In this document: positions 28,288 through 42,759 of the stretch, piece by piece
Layout of the letters: every line of letters begins with the position of its first letter
Numbering within the stretch: position 1 is the first letter of the stretch
Assembly: GCF_009914755.1 (NCBI RefSeq)
Contig: NC_060928.1
Origin: the human T2T-CHM13v2.0 reference genome, Homo sapiens
Length of the DNA stretch: 64,000 bases
Reading direction: 5' to 3' (one strand)
Made by a program: the position numbers and the translations under genes
Notes under the pieces: model-generated
Seen by the model: only the letters and a program-made list of their open reading frames with translations
Told to the model about the DNA's origin: nothing
Databases searched by the model: none

Positions 28288-28598
28288 TTTTTGGTTTGTT
28301 TGTTTTAGAGAGATGGTCTTTCTCTGTTGCCCACACTGGAGTGCAGTGGCCCGATCATAGCTCACTGTAAAACTGTTATTAACACCTGGGCTCCAAAAAT
28401 CCTCCCTTCCCAGCATCCCAAGTAGCTGGGACTACTATAAGTGCACTCCACCATGCCTGGCTAATTGTTTTTATTTTTTGTAGAGAAAGGGTCTCCCTAT
28501 ATTGCCCAGGCTGTTCTTGAACACCTGGCCTCAAGCAATCCTCCTGACTCGGTCTCCCCAAATGCTGGGATTACTGGTGTAAGTCATTCTGCCCAGCC
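28288..28598 (-). mobile_element. AluJ
   Basis: 'gatcatagctcactgta..cctgggctc..tggcctcaagcaatcctcctg'. Confidence 0.9.
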
Positions 28599-30234
28599 AG
28601 AGCCTGTATTAATTTGGTGGTTACATATCTATGTTCTTAAGAATATGTAAATATTTTAACAATAGATTAATAGATTTCTCTCTATTGAGAAAGACACTAT
28701 TATATAACCATATATATGAGAATCATGTAATAATTCCAATACTGTTTTAAACAAGTCATGCTTTCATATTGAGTAAAATTTGATCAATGGATGCTGGAAA
28801 ACCTCCTCCCTCAAGATTCCAGCTTTTTCAGCAGGAAAAAATTAATAAAAACTTTATATATTCTCTTTTCTGTTAGTAATTATGAAAAAATTGCAAGAAA
28901 AAATGTGTTTTCTTTATGTCTCCATTATGTAAGGCTACACTGAAGTAAATTATTGCTTGACATATTCAATGATTCAGAAGCAAAATAAATGTAGTTCTAG
29001 GAGAAAGATTGGATTGCAATAAGAAGGGCAGCATGACTTTACTGAAGGCAAAGGATCAAGTGCACTAGGAAGATCCACTCATGTATGTTTTCCGAAACTG
29101 TATCTTACATGATTCCGCCCACTGTGCTGATGCTTCAAAAGCTGCACATTGTCCTTAAGGTCCTTAACCTAATGACCATATCTTTCAAATACCAAATTCT
29201 AAGGACTTGAAAAATATCTTGGCCTACGTTACTCAGTAAATAATCCTTTAACAAACAAGCACTTTTTTTTTGACATTTTTATTGCTAACATATGTTATAG
29301 TCAAATAATCCCCAAACTATCTTATTATATTTTAAATTTTCCTCTTAGGTTCTAAGGTATTTTCAACATATTGCTTTACTAACACATGGAATTTAGAAAA
29401 AGACAAGGTTTATTTTATTTACTAATATAATCCAAATTATAAATATAGAATATTTTCAAGAAAAACAAATATTTTAATACAAATAAAAACAACACATTTT
29501 CAAGTATGTACTAACAAAATGCTTTATTCTTGTGATTATAATTGTAAATGAAATTTATAATTGTAATGAAAATCATAATTGTAACTAAAATTGTAAATAA
29601 AATTTAAATTGTAAATGTCCATATGAAAAAAAGTATAAAAATATTTTAAAATGACTATGAATAACATGCAGAATACTTTTGATAACATCTTTTTAGAAAT
29701 TATCATCATGAAGTTTTATTAAAAAAGAGCAAATATTAGGGAAATATAAATGCACTAAGATTAAAGATACAGAGGAAGAAATCTAATTTCTTCATATATA
29801 ACATAGAATATGTTATAGCTATTTTTCTTATTATGCTATTTTGGGTTATTAAAAGATGATTACATGATATTGAAATTCCAGAAATTACTAATTAATGTTT
29901 CCAATAACTTGTCTTAGCAATTCAAAAAGTCTATAAAATCTCTAAAAAGAAAGCAATGATTGGCTGGATATGCTGGCTTATACCTGTAATACAAGTTCTT
30001 TGGGGGGCCAAAGTGGGAGGATTGCTTAAGGCCAAAATTGCTTAAAAATCCAAAGTTTTAAGGAAATCCATAAAATAAATTTTAAGGTTTATGTTTTCAA
30101 GTTTTACAAATTATTTCAACAATTATTTATTAAGCATCTTCTACGGGTCAGGTACTCCTCCAGCTAATAAAAATGCTGTCTCTTTATTGAAGTTTAGCTT
30201 TCATAGGAATGAGGAAAGAAAAAGAATAAGGACA

Positions 30235-31025
30235 AGGAAGTATGGAAGATGTCCACTGCAGCCTTATTCACAATAGCCAAGAAATGGAAACAACCTATGT
30301 TTCTGTTGTCGGATGAATAGATAAGGAAATTAAATATAAAGTTCATCCTTGAACAACATGGGTTTGAACTATGCTGGTCCACTTATATCTGGATTTTTTT
30401 CAAACAAATGCAGATGAAAAGTGCAGTATTACCAGAATAGGAAACTCACCAAGAGCTGACTTCCATGTAGATGGGTTCTGCAGGGCTGACTGTGGGACTT
30501 GAGCATCAAGACTTTGGTTCACGCAGAGGCCCAAACCAATCCCTTGCACATACCAAGAAACAATTGTATACAGTGGAATATTATTCAGCTATAGGAGAAG
30601 ATATCTTGCCATTTGTGACAAGATAGATTATGCTAAATGCAATTAGAGGAAAACATTGCATGTCTTCACTTATATGAGGAATCTTAAAAAGTCAAATACA
30701 CAGCAGCAGAGTAGAAAGGTAGTTATCAAGGGTGGAGAGGTAAGGAAAATAGGGGTATAGTTAAAGGATGCAATGTTATGGTTGTCCATAATGAGTGAGT
30801 CTAGAGGTCCCTGTACAGCATTATGACCATAGCTAATAATTCTGCTGGTACATTGGAAATTTGCTAGAAGAGTAGATTTTAGGTGTTGCCATCACACACA
30901 CAAAAAGGTAACTGTGTGAAGAGATGTTAATTTGTTTGACCATAGTAGTGATTTCATTTGTGTATGTATGTTGAAACATGTTGTATACTTTAAACATATG
31001 CAATTCTTATTAAAATAAAAAAAAT
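30235..31025 (+). mobile_element. L1MA/MB 3' end, interrupted by MER8
   Basis: 'ttattcacaatagccaagaaatggaaacaacc..cagtggaatattattcagc..gcagagagtagaa..gagtagattttaggtgtt..aaataaaaaa'. Confidence 0.85.
30339..30566 (-). mobile_element. MER8-like TcMar-Tigger MITE
   Basis: 'ccttgaacaacatgggtttgaactatgctggtccacttata..gggttctgcagggctgactgtgggacttgagcatc'; TA on both sides. Confidence 0.85.
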
Positions 31026-34000
31026 AGCTAGACAAGATGTAAAAATGAAGTATGCCAAAGTGTGAGACCCTGAGTTGAAGATCCGGAACTCATCTCTGAC
31101 TCTTAGACTCAGAGACTGGGACATCAAGGATTGGGCAGAATAGGTATGACCATGAGTATTTTTTAACAGCCGCTACAAGTGGTATACCTAGTACATATGC
31201 AGCAGACACACAACTATGCCTGGAAAGACATTTTGGATGCCATTAGTTTAGTAATAGTCCTAATATTGGTAAATTAGAAACTCGGTGTGGAAACTTTCTT
31301 GATTGTGTCTATGTTTTCTATAAACAAACAAAAATCTGGGTATATAAAATAATAGTTTCACAGAATTAGTGTTCTAAAGAGCTGACATCGTTAGACACGT
31401 TGACTTGTTTATCTTTTTATGTATATCAGCTTACTTTGGGCCTAGCACATAATAGGTGTTTCATGAATGTCTGGTAAATAAATAAAAAAATAAGTAAGTG
31501 AATAAGGGCACACATAAAAAATTCAGACATTTTTTGTTCCTTAGAATAACTGACATTCATTGTGTATGGTTTATTTAAAACAGCACTTTTATTGACTCTC
31601 TTGTACGTCATAATTAATTTCAAATTCAACATAACATTTAGATTGTATCACAGGTAAATATAAAAATTAATTGCTTGTTGATATGAGAAAGTGGACAAGA
31701 GTGGGCCGTGTTTAGAAACCTCACATTTTACAACTAGGAGAACAGAAAATTAGAAAGTTAATTCAGCTGAAAACAATACTGCGCTTGCTCTTACAGCAGT
31801 TATATGGTGACTGGGGGAAGCCCAAACTTGATAAACTCTTACTTAAAAGACAGCCGTAGGACAATTACAATATAACTTTAAATGCATATTACTCAAGGTT
31901 TTACAAAACTATTTGGATCAATCAGAAACAAAACAGCCTTTTTGTTTCTACATACCAAGAAATATTGCCTGAAGATTTGGAATGTTCATGTTTTAATATA
32001 CATATACAAATGAAATGATTATTATAGCCAAACAAATTAACATCTCTTCACACATATATTTGGAATGAAGTTTCATGTCGGGAAGACAGCACAATAGAAT
32101 TATTTGTGTAGTGTAAATTTTTGAAATTTCCAATTTGTGCAGAGCCTGAGAGATAAAATATTCTTACTCTCTCATGAAATAGAAAAGGAAACTGAAGTTG
32201 AAGTAGCTTGCAGAAGATCTAATAGCAAGTTTTAAAAGAAATCCACTGCTAGAAACTAGGTTTCCTGACTTCCAATCGTGTTATTTCCAATGCATTTTTA
32301 TTTTGCAGTTACATACACATATTAAGACCAAAGAACTGAAGGCATTCTCCTGACTCTTTCACCTAGAAACATTCTTGTCATTTTCCCTCAAATTAGAAAC
32401 AGATTATACAACTTTTAAGTATTTAGCCCTCCTGTCAGGGTACCTGTATACTGTAAAGATGTTAAATTCGCAAAACTAATGTGCCCTCCTTTTGAGCAAA
32501 GGTATAAGGAGATGAGGTTACTGATATGCCTGTTATGAAAAAGTAGTCGTACGCAAATTGAGACACAGATTCAGCTGTGATTGAAGCAGTAAGTTGTGCA
32601 GAACTATTATCTGTCTCACCTTCTTATGAATGACCTTTCCTATTGATAAAAGACCTTGAAATCATTTCAAAATGAAAATCATCAAAAGACACACAGTTAC
32701 AATTGACCATTTCTGATATATCCACTTTTAGGGAAAAATAGAACATCAACTATATCAGTTTTTTCATGAAATCTCTGCATAAAATATGAGTCATGAAGCA
32801 TTTCATGCCACTTGTGTGGTATTTATAAAATAAAAGATCCAATTAGAAGTGATGAATGTCCAATATACTTAGAGAAATCACATCTTCATGAAAACATGAC
32901 ATGGGCTATAGAGAAAATATTCCATCTGCGGAATGAAGCAGAACATACTCCAAATTTAAACTAGAATAGGTTACAATAGTATGAATATTACATACATATG
33001 TGCTTTAAAGAATTAAGGCATCTGTTACATTTATTTTCTATTTCTTTGTTTTTAGACAGGGGTAGACTTTAGGTTAGTCTCTTTGCCTGTAGATGAATGA
33101 TAAAGAAGTTTTGGCCTCTTCATAGGCACAATTACTGTTACCTGTGTTTAAGCTTGGTACCTAGCAACAGAATCGGAAAATTTCAAGACACATGCAAGTG
33201 GGCTGCTTGTAAGAGCATTTGCAGACTTCTTCTCATGTGTTTATTCTGCAGTGGTCAATGGAGCTACTTAAGAGCTTGCATATTTACCTAGTCATCGGTG
33301 TCAGCAACATTTAGAATGGGTAGTAATATCTGCATTCAGAAAACCAAACTTCTTTCTATAACCCAAAGCCAGAATACAATTAAGATTATTTCAGTCAGTC
33401 AATGTATTAGAGTTTTCCAAAGGAAAACAAAACAAAACAAAACAAAACAAAAGAGTAGGATTTATCCAACCAATAGAATGACTGATATCAGGAAACCTTG
33501 GTACTAGGAATGTAAAAGAACTTATTCAAAGTTGCACAGCCAACAAGTCATACAAGTAAGATGCAAATCTCAACAATCTGGATCCAGAATTTGTACTGTG
33601 TATCTCTGAACCAGGAACTGACACTGATATTTCAGGGAATAGACACATAGGTACATGTTCCCACAAAGGCCAAAATAACTATCAAAAGCAGATAATGACA
33701 GCCTCACAGAAGCAGGATTTCTAGGCCTGGATCAAGCCAGAAATAGATTAGTTTGAGAAGCATACTGTCTATTGATCCAAGACTGCAGGAACAAGAATTG
33801 ATTGTTCATTTGGAGAGAGGGGCAGCTCACAGAATAAAACCAAAAAGGAAAAGCTGACTGTGGTCATTTTGCTTGAGATGTTGTTGATTCAGAGCTGATT
33901 CAGATTATTTTTAATCTAATGTTCTTCCTCACAGCCAGATAATGACATGCCTTTTTCTTACTTCATACTCTAACTTTAAACTTCAAGTTGGCAAACTCTA

Positions 34001-34329
34001 ACTCTGAAACTAAAACACATATCATCTGTTTTAAAAGGCCTGTGATGACTCTGTTTCAGTGGCAGCTATTTCAGAGTTTTTATATTGAGAGATTTTATTT
34101 TCTTCTTTGGCCAGTTTTACTCATATCAATGCAAAAGAGGCATTAATTAGCAAAGATAAACCTCTTTTTTAGTGTGGTCAATAGATCTAGGCTCATTAGA
34201 AATGTGAATGTACAAAAGATGACCACTTAACTTCTTTCTAGAAATTTCATCAAAAGTCCATGGCAGCATTTTATATGGTTTCTATTACTACTCTTATTTC
34301 TGAGCCTTACTTTTGAGAAGTCACTTTAA

Positions 34330-35020
34330 CAACATATTTTATGACATCAACAAAAACTATCTCAGATTAAATCTCCAAATAGTGTAAGGCCTCTATGGAG
34401 AAAATTTTAAAAGTTTATGGAAGGACATTAAAACCTAAGTAAGTAGACATACTATGTACATGAAGAGTAAGACTTAATATTTAAAGTTGCTAATTCTCCC
34501 CAAATAGATCTATAAATTACATATGACTCCATTTAACCCCCAATAATTCCCCACCATGGAAATGGATAACTTCATTAAAATGCCTATCTATATCTACATA
34601 TTTCTAAAATATCAATATCTGTATATTTTTCTATCTACGTAACAGAAAAGGACAAATAAGAGCCAAGGCACTTCTAGAGAAGAACAAAGAAACACGTAAC
34701 AGAAAAGGACAAATAAGAGCCAAGGCACTTCTAGAGAAGAACAAAGGTGAGTGCGTGTCTCTGTGTGTAGAGGCGGGTGCATGGATACTTGCCTCTCAGT
34801 GTAACAAGTTTAAAAAGTGAACAAAGACACCATGGTTTTGGTGCAAGCATAAATGGATAGATTAATGGAATGAAAAAGAACCCTGAAACACACATATACA
34901 TATATGGAAATCCAATATGTGACAGATACGGCGTTGGAGATTGATGGGGGAATGGTGGATTTTTCAATAAATGATGATGGAATAATGAACAAGAAACATG
35001 GCAAAAATGAAAATGAATTA
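34330..35020 (+). mobile_element. Old L1M ORF2 3' fragment
   Basis: 'gagtaagacttaatatt..aattctcccccaaatagatctataaatt..gattaatggaatg..ttttcaataaatgatg' is degenerate L1 ORF2. Confidence 0.75.
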
Positions 35021-35032
35021 ATACTTGGCATC

Positions 35033-35130
35033 CTTGGCAGATTGTATTTTCCAAAAATGACTACTGTAACATTTCTGGTTACAAATGCATTCCCAGAACA
35101 TTTCACTTATTAAGAGGTAAATTCTAAATG
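35033..35130 (+). mobile_element. MLT1G/H-like LTR 5' fragment
   Basis: 'tggcagattgtattttccaaaaatgac..aagaggtaaattcta'. Confidence 0.55.
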
Positions 35131-35149
35131 TGTTCTAAAAAGTAAGCAC

Positions 35150-36380
35150 ACTCATATAATTATATAATAGTAAAATTATCAGAATCAAGAAATTAACATT
35201 GATATACTAGCACGATTTTATTGTTCTTTTTCAATTTTTAAATTGACCTAATACTTTGCTTTACATCATTTTTTCACAATTATTTACTTATAGTATTATA
35301 AGTAAACTCATGTATAGTTATTTTTAAATACGTTATAATCCCATTTGTCCTAGATTCGGCCAGAGAAGGCTCCTTCCAGCTGGCTTCTATAGCCTTTGGC
35401 ATGTTCTCTCATCATTCTTTGAGGAATTTCTTGTATTTTGGCACAATCATCAGAGCAATACTTGATTCGTGGTCCCCAGTCTAGTCATGTTTCATATAAT
35501 TGTCATGCTTTGCTAGTGTTCTTTCATCTGCAATATTTCCAAAGTCTTGCTTTGTCTTTTAGGACATTGGGATTGTTTAAGAGTACAGACCTATTACTTT
35601 ATAGAATGCTTCTAAATTTATGTTTGCCTGATGTTTCATGATGATTAAATTCATATTTTACAGTTTTGGGGGAATGCCACAAAAGTGGCATAGTAACCTG
35701 TTCAGTGTATAAAAAAGGTCCTTTGATGTTGATGTGTTTCATTGCTGGTTAACTTTGATCACTTTGATGTTAACTTTGATCACTTTGATGTTAACTTTGA
35801 TCATTCAGTTAATGTGGAATCTGCCAGTTATTTTTCTTCTACTGAGCAGTTACTAATACTCCCTTTGCAATCAATAAGTACTCTGTGGGAGACTTTGACA
35901 TGAAACAAACATCATGCTCTCCTCTGACATTGACCCATGAAGTATCCCAGAAAATTATGATTCTTGCTTGAATCAAACATTGCTATGATAATTGCCAAAT
36001 GGTGACTGTCTAATTCCATTATTTCTTCTGCATCTGTTAGTTGGCATTCTACTATAATGATAAAAATTTCTCTTTTTTCTATTTGTTTATTTATTCAAGT
36101 ACTCACTTGTATTTTATAAGCTCATGGATAGTTATTTTTAAATAGGTTATAATCCCATTTGTCCCAGGTTTGGCCAGGGAGGGCTCCTTCCAGCTGCTTT
36201 CTATAACCTTTGACAAGCACTCTCATCATTCTTGAAGAAATTTCTTGTATTTTGGCACAATTTTTAGCTTATTTGTACCTAGTCCCAGCCATAGAAACAG
36301 TCATTTCTCCAAGGATCCTGAGCTCTTTTAAGTGAAGAATAATATTTGGAAATAAAGATCTGAGTACTCTAGGTGTTTTA
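35150..36380 (-). mobile_element. L1MC-like 3' region, rearranged
   Basis: 'atagaatgcttctaaatttatgtttgcctgatgtttc..gttaactttgatca..catttctccaaggatcctg..gaaataaagatctgagtactctagg'. Confidence 0.75.
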
Positions 36381-37255
36381 GCAATTTTAAAATAATTAAT
36401 TACAAAAGCTCTGATGTGTTCTCATTGTCTTTCACTTAATAATTAGACTTCTTTTTCTTGTAAGATTTTTTTTTCCTTTTCTGTTGTATATATTTAAATG
36501 AGATGTGTTTTCTTGTATGTGGAGATGGAAGTTTCTGTGTACACAGTGGGGTGAAAACAGGGTAGCTTCCCTAGCTTCCTGGATTAAGGACAACATTTGC
36601 CCTTGTAATAATGAATATTGGAAATTATGGCCTCTCTGTGTAGCCACCTGCACAATTTTGGGATCTTTTTCCTCTGGATGCCTTTTACCACTATCAAAGC
36701 TGCTTTCATCTTTACTCCTAGTGCTCTGTTCCTATTCTGCTAAGTTTAGAGATTACCAACAGTTACCTGCCCCCTTTCCCACCCCCAGTAGTTTCCTCTC
36801 TCCTTCTGAATGATTTTTTTTCTGATATTTCTGAAGTCCCTGAAAATTAGAGGACGACAGAATATGCTGACCTTTTAATAAACGCTTTGAGGACCCCAGG
36901 TTGTTTGTTTGTTTATACTAAGTCACATATTGAAGACAGTGGAGCCCTTCCCATTGTCATCAGTTTTTCCTCAGATCTGCCACTGAAAATTCAATGCAGA
37001 GTGGGATCCTCTCCTTTTCAGAAAAAATACATGTTAATTACTTGGGAACTTTCAAATACCCCTTTCTCTTTTCTGCATTACCTCTACCCGTCACTCAAAC
37101 CCTGTGGGGGCTGGACACAGCCCTCATTGGTTCTGATTCGGCCCATACTGTCTTTAGGAGTTTTGCTTTGCCTATTCTGTCTTTTATGCCTGTTTTTGTC
37201 TTTTTTAACAAAAAAAATATGAGGACAGTCAAAAACTATACTACCATATTGATAG

Positions 37256-37639
<384 letters not shown>

Positions 37640-38618
37640 TGATTGAAATATTTAAACTGTGCTTTCTGCACTTCTTGTAATTTATATTTATATTTATAAT
37701 TACAAGATGTGCAGTAAGCGCAGTTTAAATATTTTAACATTTAAATTTAAATATTGCATATTTACTGTAGTGGCTTATATATTTCATTTTCTAGTTTCTT
37801 TTGAGACTTTTGTGAAATACAACTATTGCTATAATTTTAGAATATTATTAATTATGTTAAGTGAAAAATAGTAGTGATAACCTAAAAATAGGGTAAATGA
37901 TCCTTCCCATTTCACTTCTATAACATTATATCTTTATTAAAATAGGCCACGTTCTAAAATGTACCGGTGCAAAACTTGTTTCTTCGGAATACTGTAATAG
38001 AAGGCTTATTCATTCAGACTAATCAAACATCTGGGCAAGAGAGTATAATAAATCAGTAGAATATCTAGGCCATCCTGAGAATTCACCATAGCTCCATAAT
38101 AAATAAAAAGCATTTCCCTTTCATTTTTCAATCATTTATTTTCTTTGTACATGCAGAATATCAAAGGCATTTGTAAAACTGCTGATGCTTTTGATTTACG
38201 AATGAAGCATGCGCAAGGTAAGGCAGTTCTTCCCATTATGTATTTGCTGTTTATGTGGAAGTAATATGACCAGAAAATCAACTGGAACCTATGTTCGATC
38301 TGATAGAAGAGACTCATTATAAGGTAATATTTTCTCCCGTGTCATTTTCTGTAAAATTCAATTCTGACAATAAAAATGAAAGAACCATAAAAATTATTCT
38401 ATTTATAAAATATAGATGGTATAAATACATGTGATTACATCTAAGTGATTACTGATAGCAAATATAGAAAATATTGATTTGGTATTCTGTAACTTCTTTC
38501 AGTTTTTTAAATAAGCAGAATTGGTGGAAGTTTTCAGAAATGATAATCATATGTATGGTGTAGTGTAGCAATTTCATTTAAGCTGAATGGCAGCCCTAAT
38601 GCAGTGAAGATTTTTTAA

Positions 38619-39011
<393 letters not shown>

Positions 39012-40489
39012 TAGTAAAATGCTGACTAAGAAAATATTTAATGTAAGTTACGTTTATAAATGTTATCCACATTATTCAATTAGATTCAATGTTATTTATT
39101 CTATGTACATTAAGATGAAAGACAATGATATACAAGTGTCTTTTGAAAGACTCAGAAAAAGAATCATATGAAAATATACTGCTTTTGCCAATCTTAAAGA
39201 TATGGCCACAATGTGGTTTTATGCCTTCAAAGACTTGAAGAAAAACTGGGGAATGAGGTTGCTGGGGGTTGCAGAGAACAGAAAAAAAAATGGAATTGCA
39301 GGAAAAGATATGATGCACTTTCCTCAAGTATGTTGTCAGAGGGTCATAAATATGCACAGAATGGATATGGAAGTAAGTGAGGGTATCCTGTTTGGTTTTT
39401 TTTTTTTTAAACCAACAATTTTAAATTTTTCTCACTAGTCTGTTTGTAGGTAGTTCACCATCTGTAAAATGACTTAAAAGGAACATGAATATGGAATGTG
39501 TGCAGGATGTGAGTGCCCTATTTACAAAACAAATTGGTAGATTGCATTTGGCTTACTCTGAGAAACCCAAATAAATATGTTCTTTTAGAATTTCACTTAT
39601 TCTGTTAATAAACTAAAACAAAACAGTCCTAAAAACATAAAAGATGAAGTCAAACACAAATATCAAATCTGGAAACACGAGGTGGTAAGTTTTTTAAGTG
39701 AACTTAATTGCATGGGTTATAAATACTTTTCTCTTCAAAATTAGGTCACCCTTGAAAACAATTCAAATTAGAAGGACTTGTTCTGTATGTATATTATCCA
39801 GAAAACTTCATTAATGACAGTAATTTTTGCCGCTTTTGTTTCAAGATTTACATGTTTTCACTAGAATAATTGGACCAGAAAATTAAATGCCTGGAAGCCA
39901 ACAAAGGTTTGAATAAATTGTGAAAATGATGATTGCTTTGTTAAAAATAAAGACTTCAAGAATACATTAAATCTTCATTGTATTTTTCATCTCTACTTAA
40001 TTTTCCTATGTAGTCAATCACCTTCACATTTTAATTATTTGTATGTTCGTATTTAATTCATCTAAAATTATATTTACAGAGGACGTGAAGTTGAAATAAC
40101 ATTTAGACTAATGCCATTTATTAAATAAGATATTCTTTTTAATGGTTGAAAAGTCGTTTGTCACCTATTAAATTTATGAATTTAATTATTTTCAGGATTC
40201 CCAATTCTTTTCTAATGATTATTTTGTGTACTTTTATTTATTTTGTAATGAATATATTGCATTGTAGTGAGGGACTGTGTATTAAGTCAGGGAACTTTGA
40301 GGCAAACATAACATATAAAGAGCCCGTAACTCTAACTAGCACATAATAAAATCTTAGCAACTTTTAGCTATCATTACTTTTGTGATTGTAATTGTTAATA
40401 GAATTTAAGGTTTCCAAGGAAAGACAGGCAGTTGACATACAAAGAAAGACATCATTTTCCGAGGAACTTGTATATATTTTGGACTTGAT

Positions 40490-41100
40490 GGTATTTCCTA
40501 CAACTTTATTAGGGTGTAATTGATGTTCAACAAATTCTTATATAATTTAGGTAATTATGTTTATACATGTTATATCCATGACACTCTCATGGCAATTGAG
40601 ATCACAAATATATCCCAAGAGCAAAATGCTTTCTGTCACTTTAGAAATGCACTTAATTTGCATTTTCTGGAAATCCATATACATGAAATCATGTAGTATG
40701 TAAGTACATACTTTTTGTTGTTGCTCTTCCAGCTTCTTTTACTCAGAGTAATTATTTTCAGATTAATCTAGGTTTTTGGTATATTAATAGCTTATTTTTT
40801 ATTGCTAACTAGCATTACATTGTATGCAATATCCATTTACCTGATGGATTCCAGTTTTTCTTCCAGTATTTGGCTTTTACAATAAAGCTGCTATTAACAT
40901 TCATACACAAGTCTTTCGTGTGAACATGTTTTCATTTCTTTTGTTTCTTTCCTGTCTTTCAAGGGTCATTCTCATGCCCTGTCCCATGTCTGAAAATAAC
41001 AGTTTCATACAGTTTGTTCAGCTTTTAATTGGTTGAGGTGGAAGGGCAAATTCAATTTCAGTTATTTTACCTTGGCTCAAAGTGGGTCCTTATCCCATAT
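40490..41100 (-). mobile_element. Old L1M (ME-like) fragments
   Basis: 'caactttattagggtgtaattg..atgaaatcatgtagtatg..aataaagctgctattaacattcatacacaagtcttt'. Confidence 0.7.
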
Positions 41101-41419
41101 TATTTTCGTGAGAGACCCTTCATTGATTTTTAGTTATAGTTTTTCTTCCAATAACAGGTTAAATTCCATGAAGGCAGCAATATTTTTCTCTGCTTTTTAA
41201 ACTATTATTTCAGTTCCATATGAAAAGTTTCTACCACTAGTTGAAACTCCATCAATATTGGTTGAATTAAGCAAAATTAAATGAACTCAACTAATAGGGG
41301 CTAAAAACACAGGGAAACATATTCTTTCTGCACACTTCATGAGGTAAAAATGTGATTTGTACACTCAGCAATGCTATTCAAGACCCTGACATTACATCTA
41401 TTTCACTAGATTTAATACA

Positions 41420-41750
41420 TTGAACTTTTATTATGACACTTAACACTTCATAAGCACAATATGGTGGCTGTAATTCTACACCTCAAGTGCTTATGTTAGT
41501 TAACTCATCAAAAGGGAGAATAAAGTAAGGAGAAATGGGAGGCAGCTTGGTTTTGGTGTAAACCCTCAATCTAAGAGGAAATATTTTTCCCAAACTTCTA
41601 ATCTTACTTCTCCTTACATCTCATTGGACAGATGTAGTTCACACGGCCACTCCTAACAGTGTGGTGGCTAGGCCATTCCTCACTTTTGTCATCTGGAGAG
41701 TGGAAGTTAATCAATGGGAAAAGTGTGGGACCACCTATTGTGTAGGCATC
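41420..41750 (-). mobile_element. MLT1K/L-like LTR fragment
   Basis: 'aatatggtggctg..acttctccttacatctcattggacaga..cacacggccactccta'. Confidence 0.5.
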
Positions 41751-42759
41751 TAAAATGAAAATTTAAAGGAAGATGCTGAATATAATTGACCCGAAGGTAG
41801 TCTTTAATTATTATTTTTCAATGTTTAGCAAAACAAGTGGGCAATGAGGAGCTTCATAAAAGTCATTTTGTCTAAATTTCAGAAATGATAATTGCAGAAA
41901 GGAATAATAATAATAATAAATGCAGAAAGGAATCTCTTAGTAAGGCAGAAAGATGGAGAATTAGCCTCAGGTTACAAACTTTTGAGTAAGCTGTAAGGAT
42001 TATCTGGCATAGCAATGTATTAAAAATAGAAACATTAAGAAAGGTTTTCTGGTGAACACAATAATCTAATTCAACAAATGTCTAAAAAAAGATTTATGAT
42101 GTAACAGATGAAACAGCAGGTATAGAATAGTATAGAAAAGGAAGTGATTAAATTCATTATTAAGTGACGTTATCAATGCAGTTTTTTTTTCAGAACAAGT
42201 AATACCTAAATATATTTTGAGGATTGCAAATGCACTAGACAGAGGGTGGTATTCCTTTAGCTGTGTGTATAGAAATGTAAACAAATGTTGCAAGTGTATA
42301 TTTATGTTTCCTGATTAACACTTCCATCCTTACTGTAACATAAAAGGGCATTTATGAAATAAACTTTGCAAATCTCTCTAGAAGCTTCTATTGCTTGAAA
42401 ATATAGTATATATGTGTTGGTAAACAGGACATGTATTTGAGGGGATTAGGTTAGAAAAGTAGCCATTGATTGGTTTGTGAAGAGTCTTATATACCCTACT
42501 AAATGTCTAGGATGTTAATCAAATTAATGTAAATTAAGAGATTAGTGAAAAAGATTTGCATTTTTTGAGAGATAACATTAGCAATAATGTAAAATATTTG
42601 GGGAATAGGTAAAGGGAAAAAAAGGAAGCTATTGTGAGAAATGATGAGGCTCTGAACCAAAGCTCTCAGACAAGTAGTGTCACTGGGAATAGGAAAGAAG
42701 ATAATAATGAAAATATTTAATAATTTATTAGATGTAATGGTGAACATTTTAGTTTGGTT

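Noticed and set aside
29540-29617. Degenerate 'aattgtaa' minisatellite
   Set aside because: AT-rich low-complexity slippage with no sign of function.
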